A stretch of DNA of 61,681 nt, the filler included, from Sphacelaria rigidula (taxonomy: Eukaryota): the NCBI GenBank assembly GCA_964200075.2. It is 6 parts of 6 records of this genome, joined end to end, with 100 filler letters (N's around TTAATTAATTAA, not from the genome) between each part and the next. Parts side by side here need not be neighbours in the genome. Positions count along the whole stretch, not along the records: positions 20,595 to 30,791 come from CAXNAA020006949.1; positions 30,892 to 41,088 come from CAXNAA020006950.1; 4 more parts are not named here. One strand, given 5' to 3'. The notes below the pieces were generated by a model. It saw nothing but the letters and a program-made list of their open reading frames with translations. It was not told where the DNA came from and did no database searches. This document shows positions 22,891-36,099 of this stretch, piece by piece (position 1 is the first letter of the stretch; every line of letters starts with the position of its first letter). The position numbers were made by a program, and so were the translations under genes.

Positions 22891-25508
22891 TATGAAACTG
22901 TGTGGACCGCTATTAGACTTCGCTAACAATAGCTGATTTCTACGCTGTTAGCTACTGTGCTACTGTAGCTATTGTTAATCACGTAGTGTGTTTGCCGACA
23001 TCCTACCGGCCTTGATTCTATATATTCATTGTTTCCGTTTCTATTCCGATTTCTGCCTTGAAGAAGGTGACGGTATCTTTCACGTCTTCCGGTCGCTCAA
23101 CCAGTGGTTGACATTGCTGGGCGTAGCTCTGGATAGACTGCGTCGTCTTCTTTTCTTTTAGCCGCGAAAGTCTTCCTGTGTTCCTTAGGCTAAGCTTGTA
23201 TTATTTGGTTCATATAGTCGACAGGTTCACTTACGATTCGTGCTGTGTGGATTCCCAGGCATAACTCATAGCCCTGGATCGACGCATGCCGAAGAAATAC
23301 ACACACAAAAAAATCGGAACACCTTACGTCACCAAGGTGTCTAGTTCCCGTACCGATGAGTACCACGGTGGTCAGTCACCATTCAACAGTGACCGTGCAT
23401 CACCAAGTTCGCTGGTTCCTGTACCGATGAGTACCGGGTGGCCATTTACCTTCCAAAAATTACTGCGCATTACCAAGTTAGCCGGATACCGTGGTAGACG
23501 GTACCGAGCTGAAGGAGACATCCTGAAGTGAACCTTGCATTTTTGCATTCTATTTTCAGCGGCAGAGCGTGCATCAGCAGGTTGGTCTGTAATTCATAGC
23601 GGTGTACTCATCTCGGGTTGATTCGGGAAACTGAAAAGGTTGTCGTGGGGCGAAGGAATGCTGGCTGGTCCAGCTCGTACATCGCTTGTGTTCAGCGCGA
23701 CGATGTTTTGTTTGTCAGGAAGCTTGTAAAATCAAAGGTACGTCGGAAAAAAAGCAGTGTCCACCGCATTGACACTGCTCCACACGTATTGGTCTCGACA
23801 AGGAGTCTCGTGATAGATGCTCGACAAATGAGCCTGGATCGATTCGATCTAGGGTGAAGTAGTTGATTCAACGATTTCTTGATTTGATGTAGCACACTTA
23901 CTGATCCGCGACGAGACCAATTCGGCCGTGTCCCTAAGACGGACATACCAACGGTACGAGCTGCGCCAGCCTGAAAACCGCTCTCGATCTCCGAGGAAAA
24001 CGCAAGTCTGGGTAAGAAAGAAACTGCGGCCACCACAAAAATGCATAGGTGTGCTGAAACCGTCTTAACGAGTACTGCATGTCATTTCAAGGTGTCATAC
24101 CACACCTAGCTCTCTTTTCGGGCGTGAAACGACTTACAAACCCCAAAAAAACACTTTTCTAGATTTTTGTTTCCTTCCTGCTATAAGGAGCGGCCTTAGG
24201 AGCGTTTTAGTGACAAATTCGCATTAGTTTTAGCCATTATCTCCGTTTCTCAGCTCACTTTCTGATGTGTGATTTGAACATGAGAATGGAGAATCGCGAG
24301 AGCATGCCGAAAACACGAAAGAGGGTTGGCCTTTATTTTTCAGATTGGTGAGTTGACGTCGGTCTCGTGAAAACATACTTCCTACCATACAAAAACGTGC
24401 TTAACCCATGGAAAAAACCAACTTGCCCCCCTTTTATTTGCTCGTTATGCCGTACCAATTTTCCACACTAAAGTTCAAAGCACAACCACCAAACCTGGGC
24501 CTGCGAATGGCCTACGAAAATACCGTTCCAACATTCGACCGGCCCATGTTCAAAGTCACCCATCGTCACCTCAATTTTCAAGACTTGAACGCTCACAATG
24601 GGCATGAAGAATGAACAGGGCGTGAAAAATAAACTTACGTTGGGACAACAAGATGGGTTCCCCTTCACGAGGTAAAGGCAATGATTAAGATCCGGTCTTC
24701 CGTATAATGTCCGTTAGCCCATGCAAAAAGAAACGCTTGCTGTCCAGACGCGCTTTCTTTACTATGTCCTGTTCATTCTCCATACCAAATGTAGAATTCC
24801 AACTCTCAAAATTGACGTGAGAATGTGCCTGCACCCTGCAGATCCGCTCCTAGACTAGCCCAGCTTGTAGAGAAACCCTTACCAGAGACAACTCAACATT
24901 AGAGAGAGCTGTAAAATGGGGAGTTTGATCGGAGTAATTTGACAAAAAGAGACGAAATAATATGAGGGGAATTGAGAGGATTTTGAGTAGACACAAGGAA
25001 AGTCTAGGTGGTTGTTTCCGCCAGTGCCCGAAGATCTTGGTAGGCTTTTAAGGGCATATTTCGGCCGAAAATCAATCACACACCGAAATGGGATAATATA
25101 GAAGTGCTGTAATTAGGCCCACTGCCCAGAACCACAACAGTGTCGCTTTCAACTTTCACGATGCTACGAACAACTCAACACTTGCCGAAGCTCGGAAAGA
25201 GTCAGGCCACGAGACGAATACTTTGTATACACGTACAATCACCCACTTTGAAACGCGCGCACGGCTACAGATAGCCTAACTCCATTACAATACAAGATGT
25301 TGCCATCGAGTGCCTCTGGGTTCCGTGTTTGGTTAACACCAACGGTGTCAAACGATGTGTGTATAGTGTTTGCATCTCCAAGTGTGCATTTTCGGCACCT
25401 TGTGTGCTATGTGCTTTTGCGAAAACATACGGGACAATTTTTGTTATCATATAACTTTACATATTCTGAATGCTGGAGCTCTTTTGAACCGAAGCAACAG
25501 CAAGTTAC

Positions 25509-25528
25509 GAATTACGATGATGATGATA

Positions 25529-25578
<50 letters not shown>

Positions 25579-25621
25579 AATGATGATAATGACGACGACG
25601 ACGACGACGATGACGAATTAC

Positions 25622-25660
<39 letters not shown>

Positions 25661-25705
25661 AATGATGATGATAATGATGATGATAATGACGACGACGACG
25701 ACGAC

Positions 25706-25744
<39 letters not shown>

Positions 25745-25960
25745 ATGAATAGTGATGATGATAGTAATGATAAGAATAGTACTAATGGTACTAATGATAC
25801 CAATATTATTAATAACGACAACGATAACAATAACAACAGTAACAAGAACGAAAACAACAACAAGAAAACAATAACCAATACCACAATAATTATGATAACA
25901 AAGATAAATTATGAGAAATAATTATAATGATGATGGTGACTATGATAATAACGACAATAA
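25509..25960. repeat. (GAT/GAC)n microsatellite grading into AAT/AAC low-complexity DNA
   Basis: Directly visible. GAATTACGATGATGAT starts both blocks (25509, 25616). Confidence 0.95.
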
Positions 25961-25967
25961 TGAAAAT

Positions 25968-26218
25968 AGCTAATGCTATGATAGACCCCCCCAAACTAGC
26001 CCAAAAGTGTCACGAAGAAAATAGCCATACAGCGCATGATGCTTGGTTTCAGGCTGCCCGAAGCGCTTCACAAGGGCGGTATTGACGAAAATGACCCCAA
26101 ACGTGGGAATCCCCAGCTGCTCGTTGTGCTCGGCTTTTTCCATTTCGGTTCACCGGTAGGTCTTGCCTCCCCTAACCTGCCACTTTTGTTTTAGGGGAGG
26201 GTACCGTAGAATTGTCTA
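25968..26218 (-). mobile_element. ~250-bp MITE, inverted homologue of 60696-60900
   Basis: ATGCTATGATAGACCCCCC...AAAGTGTCACGAAGAAAATAGCCATACAGCGC matches the reverse complement of 60800-60890. The other end, GGTACCGTAGAATTGTCT, is the inverted terminal repeat. Confidence 0.65.
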
Positions 26219-26489
26219 ATGATAAGGACAATGGCGAGCAATGATGACAGCGGTTAAATTAATAGCAGTGATGCTGACGAAATATAATGATAGTATTAAT
26301 AGCACCAATTGTACTGGTAGTAAATACAATACTACTAATAATAGTAATAGCAACAATAATTACAATAATGATAATGGTACAAGTGTAGTATAATAGTAAT
26401 CATTACAGTGCTCATCTTATTCTCAATAGTCGTAATGCTAATGGGAATAAAATTAGTAGTGATGACAATTGTAATAGTCGTAAAATCAA

Positions 26490-26850
26490 AAGCTTCCAGT
26501 CATGTGTTTATATACTAGCGCATACCTAAATTATTTTAACCCTTCTATCGTAAACTCATGAGTTTCATCCCATACAAACAGGATTGGGCCCAGAACTTAA
26601 CATATATATATATAACACATAATAAAATTGGTATTATAAATTTCGTACGTCTTCTCTTTTGAACAATTCTTGACGCTTTGATGTCTCGCATTCAAACCAC
26701 CACTTTGACAATCATAGGAGAATATAATATTCTGCTTCTTTCACAAATGCTGCTATAATAACCCCGTCAGACGCGATGAGTCCAAGTCTCATCGGCCCTT
26801 CTCATTTTCCCATAAAATTAAAATTCCTCTGTGAAAAGTCCACAGAAGAT
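26490..26850 (+). pseudogene. tatC: NUMT: decayed mitochondrial tatC 3' part
   Basis: AT-rich. HRRI*YSASFTNAAIITPSDAMSP (core at 26749-26781) resembles the TatC AAIITPPD..SQ motif. Convergent with the nad1 remnant. Confidence 0.55.
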
Positions 26851-26884
26851 ACGGTTTGTTACGTACTTCAATTCAGTTTGATCA

Positions 26885-27345
26885 AAAACCAATAGTTACC
26901 AATGAACTAGTAATTAAAACAGAACACCTATAGGCAAAGGAAAATTATCATAGATAGGTCGATCATAGCGATCACGAGGAAAAATTGGTCGAGTTCAAAC
27001 AAACGATTATAACGAAAATGCACTTTTTTTTGACAAACTGAATTTACCAAGGAATACTAGATATACTGCAAATGGGTAACCAATCGTGTAAAACAAGATA
27101 ACGCTTGATGAACTCATAAATATCAAGTGAGAGTACCCGCCTAAAATACAGAATCCCTTTCTATTGCAGAGTATCCAACGTCATACCCCGACACCAACCC
27201 GGCTTCTGCTTCTGTCAAATCAAACGGATAACGATTATTTTCTGCTAGACAAAAAATAAAGAACAAAACACATGTAGGCGAAAGAGGAAAAGCTATCCAA
27301 ACCTCTGTTCGAGGAATAGCAATTTGCCTTCAATTTGCTGAACAC
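26885..27345 (-). pseudogene. nad1: NUMT: decayed mitochondrial nad1 3' half
   Basis: Minus-strand translation EVWIAFPLSPTCVLFFIFCLAENNRYPFDLTEAEAGLVSGYDVGYS ... RPIFPRDRYD matches the Nad1 [27 protein letters not shown] and RxxFPRYRYD motifs. Stops and frameshifts are present. Confidence 0.85.
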
Positions 27346-28439
27346 AACCGTGCCCACCGACATACGTATTCGTGCTTCGTACCTGTATTTCGCTGGAACC
27401 CCTTCCAACCCTTGTGTTTGACAGCATTGTAAACGCCGGAATATCAAATTGATACTTCCAGACACGCCTGGCTCTGGTATCGCAGACAAGCTACACACCC
27501 AACACCCAGACCAGCAAAATGAAGCATACACAGGCCCATCCCTGTATACCCATATCGATTGACATTTAATGCAACACGGCTTGGATTGTGTACACTAATC
27601 GTTGCGTCGCATGGTGAGGGAGGATATCATGGTTAACGAGGGAGCGAGAAAATGTACCCCCACCAGGTCAGTTCGATAACATCAGTCTACCCACATCTGC
27701 TTTCGCATGTGCCCGCTGAGTACGCGTAGCGCTGTGCACCACGACCCTCCCAGAGCGGGATGTGCGCGGTTCGATACCGGCGGAGAGTCCTAGGGCTCGT
27801 GATCTTTGGAAAGCTCTGCCACGCGTGTGTCTACATGTATCATACAAATACACAGCGTGACGGGTTTGGAGAAGCGCAAGGTGGCATGTTTGCACGCGGT
27901 GGATGCCTACAGTATAGCCTGACGAGGAGAATTCAACATGGAGCGATCTCTAAAACCGATGAATCATGAATCCGCCCTAGTCCTTCACCAGCTGATCCAA
28001 ATTGTTGTAGAAAGTCAGCCTAGTCCATCCCTGTGCTGCCAGTCCTTCCTGTTTGGTACACGCACGTCGATCTAGCTAGTGAGGCGTCTGGTTGGCACGA
28101 CCAAGAGAGGCTCATGAACGGATCATATTGACCCTCGTCACCCCCCTCCGCCAGTCGCCATTCCTTTCTACTCTCGTCTCGTATGTTCTGGTTGCATTTG
28201 CAGGGCGGTGAGCAAGCCAATGCTGTGAGGAGTGAAGCGTTGTGGACCATAAACAAATAGCGTTCCACTGACTACGTTTGTAGAGATAGTACTGAAGCAT
28301 TAAAAGAAGTACATGAAATGGCGTGAAGTAAGCACAAGCATTCAGTTCATGATGACGTCAGCGACAGAACCAGCGACCAACGTTTCCTCAGCAATTTTCA
28401 CATCAATATTCGCAAAGACGTTCACAGTCACTGCTGCCG

Positions 28440-29180
28440 TTCACCTTGCGCGTGCATGATCAATCTTGGATTTGCAGATCAGGTGAACCAGAGGGTAAAA
28501 CAGCCGACGAGGGCGCTCCTGGGCTTCGTAATCCCACGGGAAAAGCGGACAGCAGTGATGCCGCCAGGCCCGAGCAATCGTGAGTAAAAACGAGGGAGGT
28601 ACGAATCTTGATGGGCTTGAGTTCATCATAATCTCAGCAGGACAGACACATGCAAAACCTAACCGGCAATCCATGACAGGGTTTTTGGTTCGTTGGGCGT
28701 TCACTGAACGTGCTTTTACGGCACCTGTCCATCTCGCAAGATATATTTTAACTTGGTGTAAGAACGAGTTGTATGCATCGGTTGACCGTGCCGTCTTGGT
28801 CGGCATGGCACTCATTGCGAACCCTCCTTCCTTTTCGGGGATGGGTGTATCTCCAAAAGCCATTATTCCCCGCCCACCCCTTCGGCTATACCTCACCCGT
28901 CCTACAAGCAAACGTTTTCAGTTTTTATCTGAGGTAGCAACCACGTACGTTTTGTTTCTGATTACATTTCTGGATACTGTTGCCCATCCTTGGGTTAAAC
29001 TGAAAGCTTCACTGCAGCTTGCCAAGTCCACAGTGAGTCGCTCGCGCACATTGTAGAGTAATAGGTGCGAAACATCACGCTCAGACAGTGGTTTGGTAGG
29101 CACTTCATCTCGGCTCATCGGGCCGTCAAGAACCACCAAGAAAACGAGTGTATTTATTGGAGCATGACCCGCCTTCATAT
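28440..29180 (-). pseudogene. PIF/Harbinger-like (DDE_Tnp_4) transposase relic
   Basis: Degenerate motifs in order: VVLDG, MAFGDTP, DAYNSFLHQVKIYLARWTGAVKAR (compare FN...R..IE..FG.LK.RW). Confidence 0.5.
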
Positions 29181-30791
29181 GTGTTTAGCTGTCTGACGCT
29201 TCGAATCATCATCGTTGCAAATCAAGTTGGCTGTTTTCCCTTACTTTGTCTTCGGTTACGGTGTTGAAGGTATAGAACTACGGTATTCGTGCAAGCGTTA
29301 CACGATGCGGTATTTAATTATCGCAGATGGACTACGGGATACGATGTACTGCAGTATCTCTTAAGCGCGGTACAGTACGGTACGACCATACTATGATGAA
29401 GTACGGGAGTAAACGACTGTGTAACTGCCGTAGCAAAGTCATATTCTGCTGTTATCGCGGAAATCAGGAAGCTCTCCACTCCACTGCGGTGATCGCAGCT
29501 CTCGGTATGCCCTACGCACACCGGAACTGTACCACCTTTGCGCACATACTAGTTGCAAGTCAATGGATCAACACTGTAACCGCGACGATCATCGTGTAGG
29601 AACATCAAGGAGCTGAGAGAAGCAAACAATTAGTCACGACGCAAAAACACTTGAAAACGACTCGGGAAATCGTGAAAGAGAGTCCGTGGATCCGAACTTC
29701 ATCATGTACACTTTACGACGTCATATTTACCTTCGAGTTATACGCCATGAACCTTCGATAGGTGCTGTTCAGGTGCGTTCTTGATATCTGCGAACTACTC
29801 TTCCGCAATACATTCACGATGCGATCCTGGCGATTCTCGGTACAGTAAGGTACCACGAAATCGCGGCACAATTTTCATGGTGGGTGGAAAATATTATCCT
29901 GCGATACCGTAGCTGAGGGATCTCGCACCGCGGTAAAAACACCGGGGACAACCGTCATTTTTGTGCTTTGTTACCCCCGAAGCTCCTGCGTTGGATTATT
30001 TTTGCACCGCACCCCTCACGAACGCGCCGGGCTGGGTCGATAGGGGGAACATCGTGGTCCAACCCAAACCAAGCGAAGGATTTCGAAGATGCAATCGGAG
30101 AGAAACAGAGATGATGAGTGTCTCACAGAAACCGACTGGTATTTCATCTCTTGGACGGAGAGAAGGGATCTAAACACTGGCTCTAAACACATGCTCCTGC
30201 TTTCATCCTGTTCGGGGCGGTGAAGTACGTAGTTCTGCAGTAGCCTCGGACGTGCATTACGATTGATTTGGGCTTTTTGGGGGGGGTCCAGCGGCATCGA
30301 GTATGTGACAGATGTTCCTCGTTCTTTCGAGATTGGCAGGCACTGGTACGGATTCAACAGGTTGCGTTTGGGATTTCTCGTCACAATCATTTTCTGATGT
30401 AGCATTAGATATCTCTGGTGCTATTTCCCCCCAGATTCGCGGAACAGGACCCCTTTCAATGACTCTATTACCTGTTCATACTCCAACGACAATTTCGAGA
30501 TGCTATAGATCGAAGGCGCAGAAGACGAAATATAAAAGCAATCCTCAACTCATTGACGATGACGAACGTGTATCGGTCGCATCAGACAGCACTATAACAG
30601 ATGCTCAAAAACAAGTTTGCATCGGTTTGAGTCAAAGCAACGTCAAACAGCCTGGATCCTTTTTTGAGGTTCAACATTTTGATGAGTTTCAACTCGAAAA
30701 CAGTGTTTCCCCTGACCTTAAGTCATGGCCAATGAATTTCACATGAACGACCTCATGCCCCCCAACCTCCTTAAAACTAGTTTTGGTGGTT

Positions 30792-30891
30792 NNNNNNNNN
30801 NNNNNNNNNNNNNNNNNNNNNNNNNNNNNNNNNNNTTAATTAATTAANNNNNNNNNNNNNNNNNNNNNNNNNNNNNNNNNNNNNNNNNNNN
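30792..30891. other. Artificial contig spacer
   Basis: 100-bp N run with TTAATTAATTAA. Confidence 0.98.
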
Positions 30892-32048
30892 TACAGGATG
30901 CCCTTGTCCCGTGGTCATCATCCAGGATCCAATATATACTCAACCGTTACGGCGTGATTTCGCCACAACCCTCATTTTTAGATGGACCTCATTTTCCAGG
31001 ATCCACTGTTCGCTGCTCTGTACCTATTTCTCTATGCGTGACGCGACCAGTACTATATCCGTTGCTTGAGCCAACCATCAATAATGCGACCACCGCCCAT
31101 TGGTGGTGGAAGAGCCTAGCTTGATCCTGACACCCCGAGATCGCAACAGTACAACAGTGTTCCACAGCCCACCGGATCACATAAAACCGACGCGCTGTGA
31201 GTTGTGCGTCCAGTTATTGTGTCGATGCGGAGAGACTCGGGAACCATTTTCGGCGAGAAAGGGGCGTGGTCGTTGTGGCGTCCGTGAAGGGCAAACGAGC
31301 GGGAAAAGAGCCGAATGTGCGGGCACCATGGTTGGAGTTGGCGCGTAGACTCCCTTGCGCGCGATGTGCCGGATCTAGTACAGTGCAGAGAGCGATGGCC
31401 TAGCAACGGTACGTTCTCGGCCGATCGGTGGCCCAGAGAAGGTACGATTGAAAACGAATTCCTAGATCAGGTATGTATACCTTGGCAAAATTTGGCCTAC
31501 AAAAGGTAAGCGGTTTCTGGAGGCGAGACGTTCGCGTTTGCGTGGCGAGATCTCTCGAGTAACATGTTTTTCCCCGTTTGTTTCCGACGCCCGGGTGCCA
31601 ATGACCCCCCCGAATGATGTGCATGAAGCATCCGTAGTAAAAACGGTGAAAATGGCGTGTTTGGCTGTTTTCGCGTTGCTGGCCATTTTTCGCACCTTTT
31701 TTAGGCATAAAACGAGAAGGGATACCTCTTCTAGGCCATTGCCCTTTTTTGCGCCACACAGTACGCTTCACGGGGTTCCAGGGAAACTGCGCAGTGTTTC
31801 TCGCGGGGATTTGGCTGTGGGGTATTTTGTTTTTGTCGGCACACAGTACGCTTCACAGGATTTCTTCACCCCATGTACTGCTCATTGTTCTTAATATGCT
31901 GTTCAGTATTCTCACGCACATACAATATGCTTCACGTTACAGCGCGGCCACGGCACTGGCGGAAAAATCGGTTGAAATATGATAGGGGTGGGTCTCGAAC
32001 TCGCGCTCTTGAGGTGGAGGGAATAAGGCAGTGAGCATTGAATCACCT

Positions 32049-32325
32049 GTGTGTGTTGTCGTCCCATTTATTCTGGGCGCCAGTCTCCCCCTTTCGGGTA
32101 TGTGGGCGCATCAGCCGGGGTTACACAGGAGGAAGGTCAACACAGGAGCTTTTTATTTTTCATTCGTTTTAGTACCCCACCTTCCTTCTGCGGTGCTTCC
32201 CCTTATTTATTTTTTTATCGCGAGAGGGGTTCAGCGGTCCCTTTCCCTCGTCGACCGTTGAGTCGAATTTTGTGTACCCACGACATAGTCGCTCTCCACT
32301 TTTGGGCATGGTGTAAGAAAAAATC
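32049..32325 (-). mobile_element. SINE family A, 5'-truncated copy
   Basis: Reverse complement of 9750-10035 (GTCGTCCCATTTATTCTGGGC...GTACCCACGACATAGTCGCTCTCCACT). Confidence 0.85.
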
Positions 32326-33289
32326 ACCTACGACTTCTTATTAAAATGTCTGGTATTTTTGTGCTTCTGATGGATATCAACCAAAAGCTTCGTGAACGGA
32401 AGCATGATTTCGCTGAGCACGTAACTTGAAAAGGATTGCCTCTTGGCAAATTCGGGGAAAGAATACTCTCCATGCAGGGTGTAAATTTACCTCTAGAGTT
32501 TGAACTTTATTGGAACCCCAGCCATCTTGTACTTGAATATTACAGCATAGACCATGACCGACCCGAGATATTCAGTTCGATCGGACCATGCGATTGAAAA
32601 TTTGAAGAACCCATGCAACAACAATTGTTCCCAGCTACCACACAACCCTACTTCAGCAAAGAGCACGAATCGGGCACAGGGATAATATACGCACTGCCGT
32701 GGTTGGGTATGATGTATTTCTTGTTGGTGCATGGAAACTTGAGCATCTTCTTTCTTAGTTGCGTCATCGCACGGCGACGGATCGAACCACGCGGGATATA
32801 CAGCAGTCCCGCGGGAAATATAACGGCGCGGCTTATATTGCATATGCACGAAAGCTGTTGAGAATTCTATCATTCAGCCCAATTGATATACGAATTGGGG
32901 GGCAGGAGGATGAATTATTTTCAACAATGTTTGCTACATCTCGAATCCCATCCGCTGATTACGGTGCAGTATGTGGGGCTTGCACGGCTGAGGCTGTTCA
33001 CAATAAGTTTGTTTTTGGCCAATTTCTGAAGGAATTGGCGGACAACAGTAACAATAACTCCGGCTCGAGCGCAAACAAAACAACAGCTATGGGAGTCAAG
33101 CAAACACTGTCATCGTATATCCTACATCACCTACTGTATCAACTGCTGCATCGACTATACTGTACTTTCTAAAATGCAACAAGCTCAAGAAACCAGCAGT
33201 TTGGTAGCATCAACAGTAACTGATACATGCCCGTCACCAGGGGGGTTAGGTTTCTCCTATTTTTCTGGTCCTGCGAAGAAGTACAACGC

Positions 33290-33610
33290 TTGAACACCCG
33301 GGTTTTTTTTTCCCCCTCACACTTTGAAGCCCTCCCCTTCCTCAGGATGAGTCCGTGGTCTCAAGGGATCAACCCATCTCTCTTCCGGTACGTGCCTTTC
33401 ATTTTGTTCTCGTGGATTGGGTCAGTCAGCACTCCCGCACCGCGTCAACTCACGTTACACAAACCTAGTCGACCACTTTGTTCACTCACGTTCTCACGTT
33501 TTCCACGGTGAAAATCATACAGTACGAAGAAAACAACCAACGCATCGGGGATCGAACCCCCGTTCTCTCCACCCCAATGGCGGCAGTCGGACTATTACAC
33601 CACCGGGGCG
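33290..33610 (-). mobile_element. Probable tRNA-derived SINE, family B
   Basis: Minus strand starts GCCCCGGTGGTGTAATAG (A-box-like) ... GGTTCGATCCCC (B box). The body is unrelated to family A and the 3' end is approximate. Confidence 0.5.
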
Positions 33611-33689
33611 CGGCAGTTTTTGTACCATTCAATATGGTTTGTGATTCATGAGCTTCCCACCACTACTTGGACGATCAGCTCCTGTCTAG

Positions 33690-34900
33690 TATTGACGAGG
33701 AGATCTTTGACTATCCATGTGAAACTTGATCCTCCCATTCGAATCCTTACAGCAGGACGCCATCCACTTTGCGGAGCAGGAAAAGGGGTGCTCCACTCCA
33801 TCGTCTGCGATCAGCAGGGGAATCAGCACTCCGTCCGCCTTCTAGCCGTGACTGTTCCCGGCCGGAGGAAACATATTATCCCACCTCGTGAAGCATTGAC
33901 AAAAGGTGTTTTGACCGTGTTTTCCGCCAACTCTCACGTAGACCTTGGAAAATTAAACAATCCAATACACACTGAAAACAAGGGTATGCTTCACTGCACC
34001 AACATGAAGATTATTCGGGACTCAAGAACTCTCAACACAAACACCGGGTCAGGACCTACGACCAAGGTATTTATGGGGATGGGCACAGCATTATCAGCAG
34101 CAGTATCTCCACCGGACATCAAGCCGACAGGAGCAGTCAAGATAGCGGAACCACCTCCGACAACTTCCGGCGAAGCAGTAAAAATAGCGTGTGGTTCACC
34201 GGGGAAAATGAGAAAGAGTCCAAATTGCAGTAAATATATATCTTCATGGGTCAAGCCTGTAACTGCACACAACAGAGCAGATAGTGGACAAAAGGCGAAC
34301 TTTTGCAAAAAACAAACGCGTCGTCTTTAGCAGGCGTGGAGATTACGGCAGGGCTACAGAAACTAACGCTATCCCGCCTTTCAGGACAAAACGATTGACA
34401 ACTTCACGGCAGAAGAACCGCGATCATCTTCCTCATCGCCGTCATTAGTACCGTCATCAGCCGCAGCCGCAGCCGCAGCCGCAGCCGCAGCAGCATCCAG
34501 AGGCACGTCTTCAGTGCGCTTGAGCATTACCAGAAACATCGGTTCCCTCGGCGTACAGCAGGCACCACAGCATTTCAAGTCACGCGTGTGACGTTACTTG
34601 AACTTCCTGTGTTTTGTTTGAAACGGAACACTTCGTGCGATCAGGTCGCCGTACTTCACTGCTTCCAGAATTTTCACACCACTACTACACACTACAGCAA
34701 CTACGATTGAGTGGGGGTGTGGACAGAGGCGAGAAGCTACAACATCACCACGGAGAATGGACCGAACGAGATCAACGAACACATGTGGATAAATAGCACC
34801 CTGTATAACGAACTGCACAGGGCTCTCCACAGTCTTCGTGAAAACCCCTGTGCAGCATTCGCAAACCCTAGTACCTGAAATAGCATTTTGCATAGCGTTT
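33690..34900 (+). mobile_element. Ty1/copia pol relic (protease/integrase region)
   Basis: IRILTAGRHPLCGAGKGVLHSIVCDQQG...VTVPGRRKHII resembles the copia protease-adjacent TAxG..L...G.G...VPGL.xNL pattern. VDRGE at ~34718 resembles integrase xDxGGEY. Confidence 0.5.
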
Positions 34901-35007
34901 TGTCGAAACCCTGCAAGCAACCCTGTGGAGAGGCCTTTCCAATTTTGAAAATTCCAAATTATTTTGGTATAAAATCTCTCTCTCTCTATATATATATATA
35001 TTTAATA

Positions 35008-35090
35008 GCTTCTGCTGCTGTCCGAGAAAAATTCCTTTTTGCCCGATTCAAATCGGGCAAAAAGGAATTTTCTCGGACAGCAGCAGAAGC
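35008..35090. repeat. Near-perfect palindrome, 40/41-bp arms, 2-nt centre
   Basis: GCTTCTGCTGCTGTCCGAGAAAAATTCCTTTTTGCCCGATT-ca-AATCGGGCAAAAAGGAATTTTCTCGGACAGCAGCAGAAGC, with a single indel. Confidence 0.95.
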
Positions 35091-36099
35091 CATTCAAAAC
35101 AAATCATTTTCTCTCCCAATTTATTTCGGCGAAAAAATGATTTATTTCGAACGGCAGAAGAACCTATACAAAACCGATCCTTTTTTCGCCCATTTAAATC
35201 GGGCAAAAAAAGGATCTATTTCAAACAGCTTTTTCTGCCGCGCAGATCCCATACACGCTGGCAGATTTGGAATTTTAATAGCAGAAGAAGCTCGAAATAA
35301 ATCTTCACTTTGCCCTCCAATTCATCCAGAAATTGGGCAAAAATGTATTTATTGCAAACAGCGTCAGCTGGGCATATCCCGCGTACTGCACCGTTATCAG
35401 CGTATGGGACCCGACACGCAGAAAAAAATGTTGGAGGCAATTCATCCTTTTGCCCCCCAGTCCATGTATACATGGGCTGAAGTGTGGAGGATACCTCTTT
35501 GCAGTGACATATCAGAGACTGATGCCACACATGTATGAAGACCCAGCGCAAGCAGGGAGAAGGTGGGAACGGTCCGGAACGACCAGATTACCGAGGATCC
35601 TATAATGCCGACGTAGCTAGACAACTTGGGGTGATGCCAGGAAGAGCCTAATATAGGATGGTCCAACATCCCCCAAGGTCCTGGTCGCCCCTGGCGACCA
35701 CTTCTAGTCTGACCCCACTTCTTGCCTACATATACAAGAGGAAATCATCGCCAGCCTCGGAGTTCCTTCGGCATCAGGACGGCAGTCTGCCCCCGTAGGT
35801 CTCTGACTACTCTAGCGGTACGCCTTCCTCGCACTGGCGACACCAGAACAGAACTCAAGCAAGACAGGCCTTAGAAGTAATAAATTGGAAAGAGAACCGA
35901 CTGCTCCCCAACACCGGAAATAACTAGGTCCCCCAAGAAACGCTACTCTAGGTGAAACGTATGGGTCATGTGCTTAATATGAACATGCATGCCGTAGCCA
36001 TAAGACCACTGTAGGAGGGGACGGGGGGAAGGACCCCGGGTACCCTATTTGAGGAAGGGGATACCCCCCTGATCGATGGATGATGGCGATGGTAGTTGC

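Noticed and set aside
25297-25921. Poly-Asp/poly-Met/poly-Ser ORFs
   Set aside because: By-products of the (GAT)n microsatellite, with no splice or domain context.
35532-35985. Possible solo LTR
   Set aside because: No clear TG..CA ends with a TSD.
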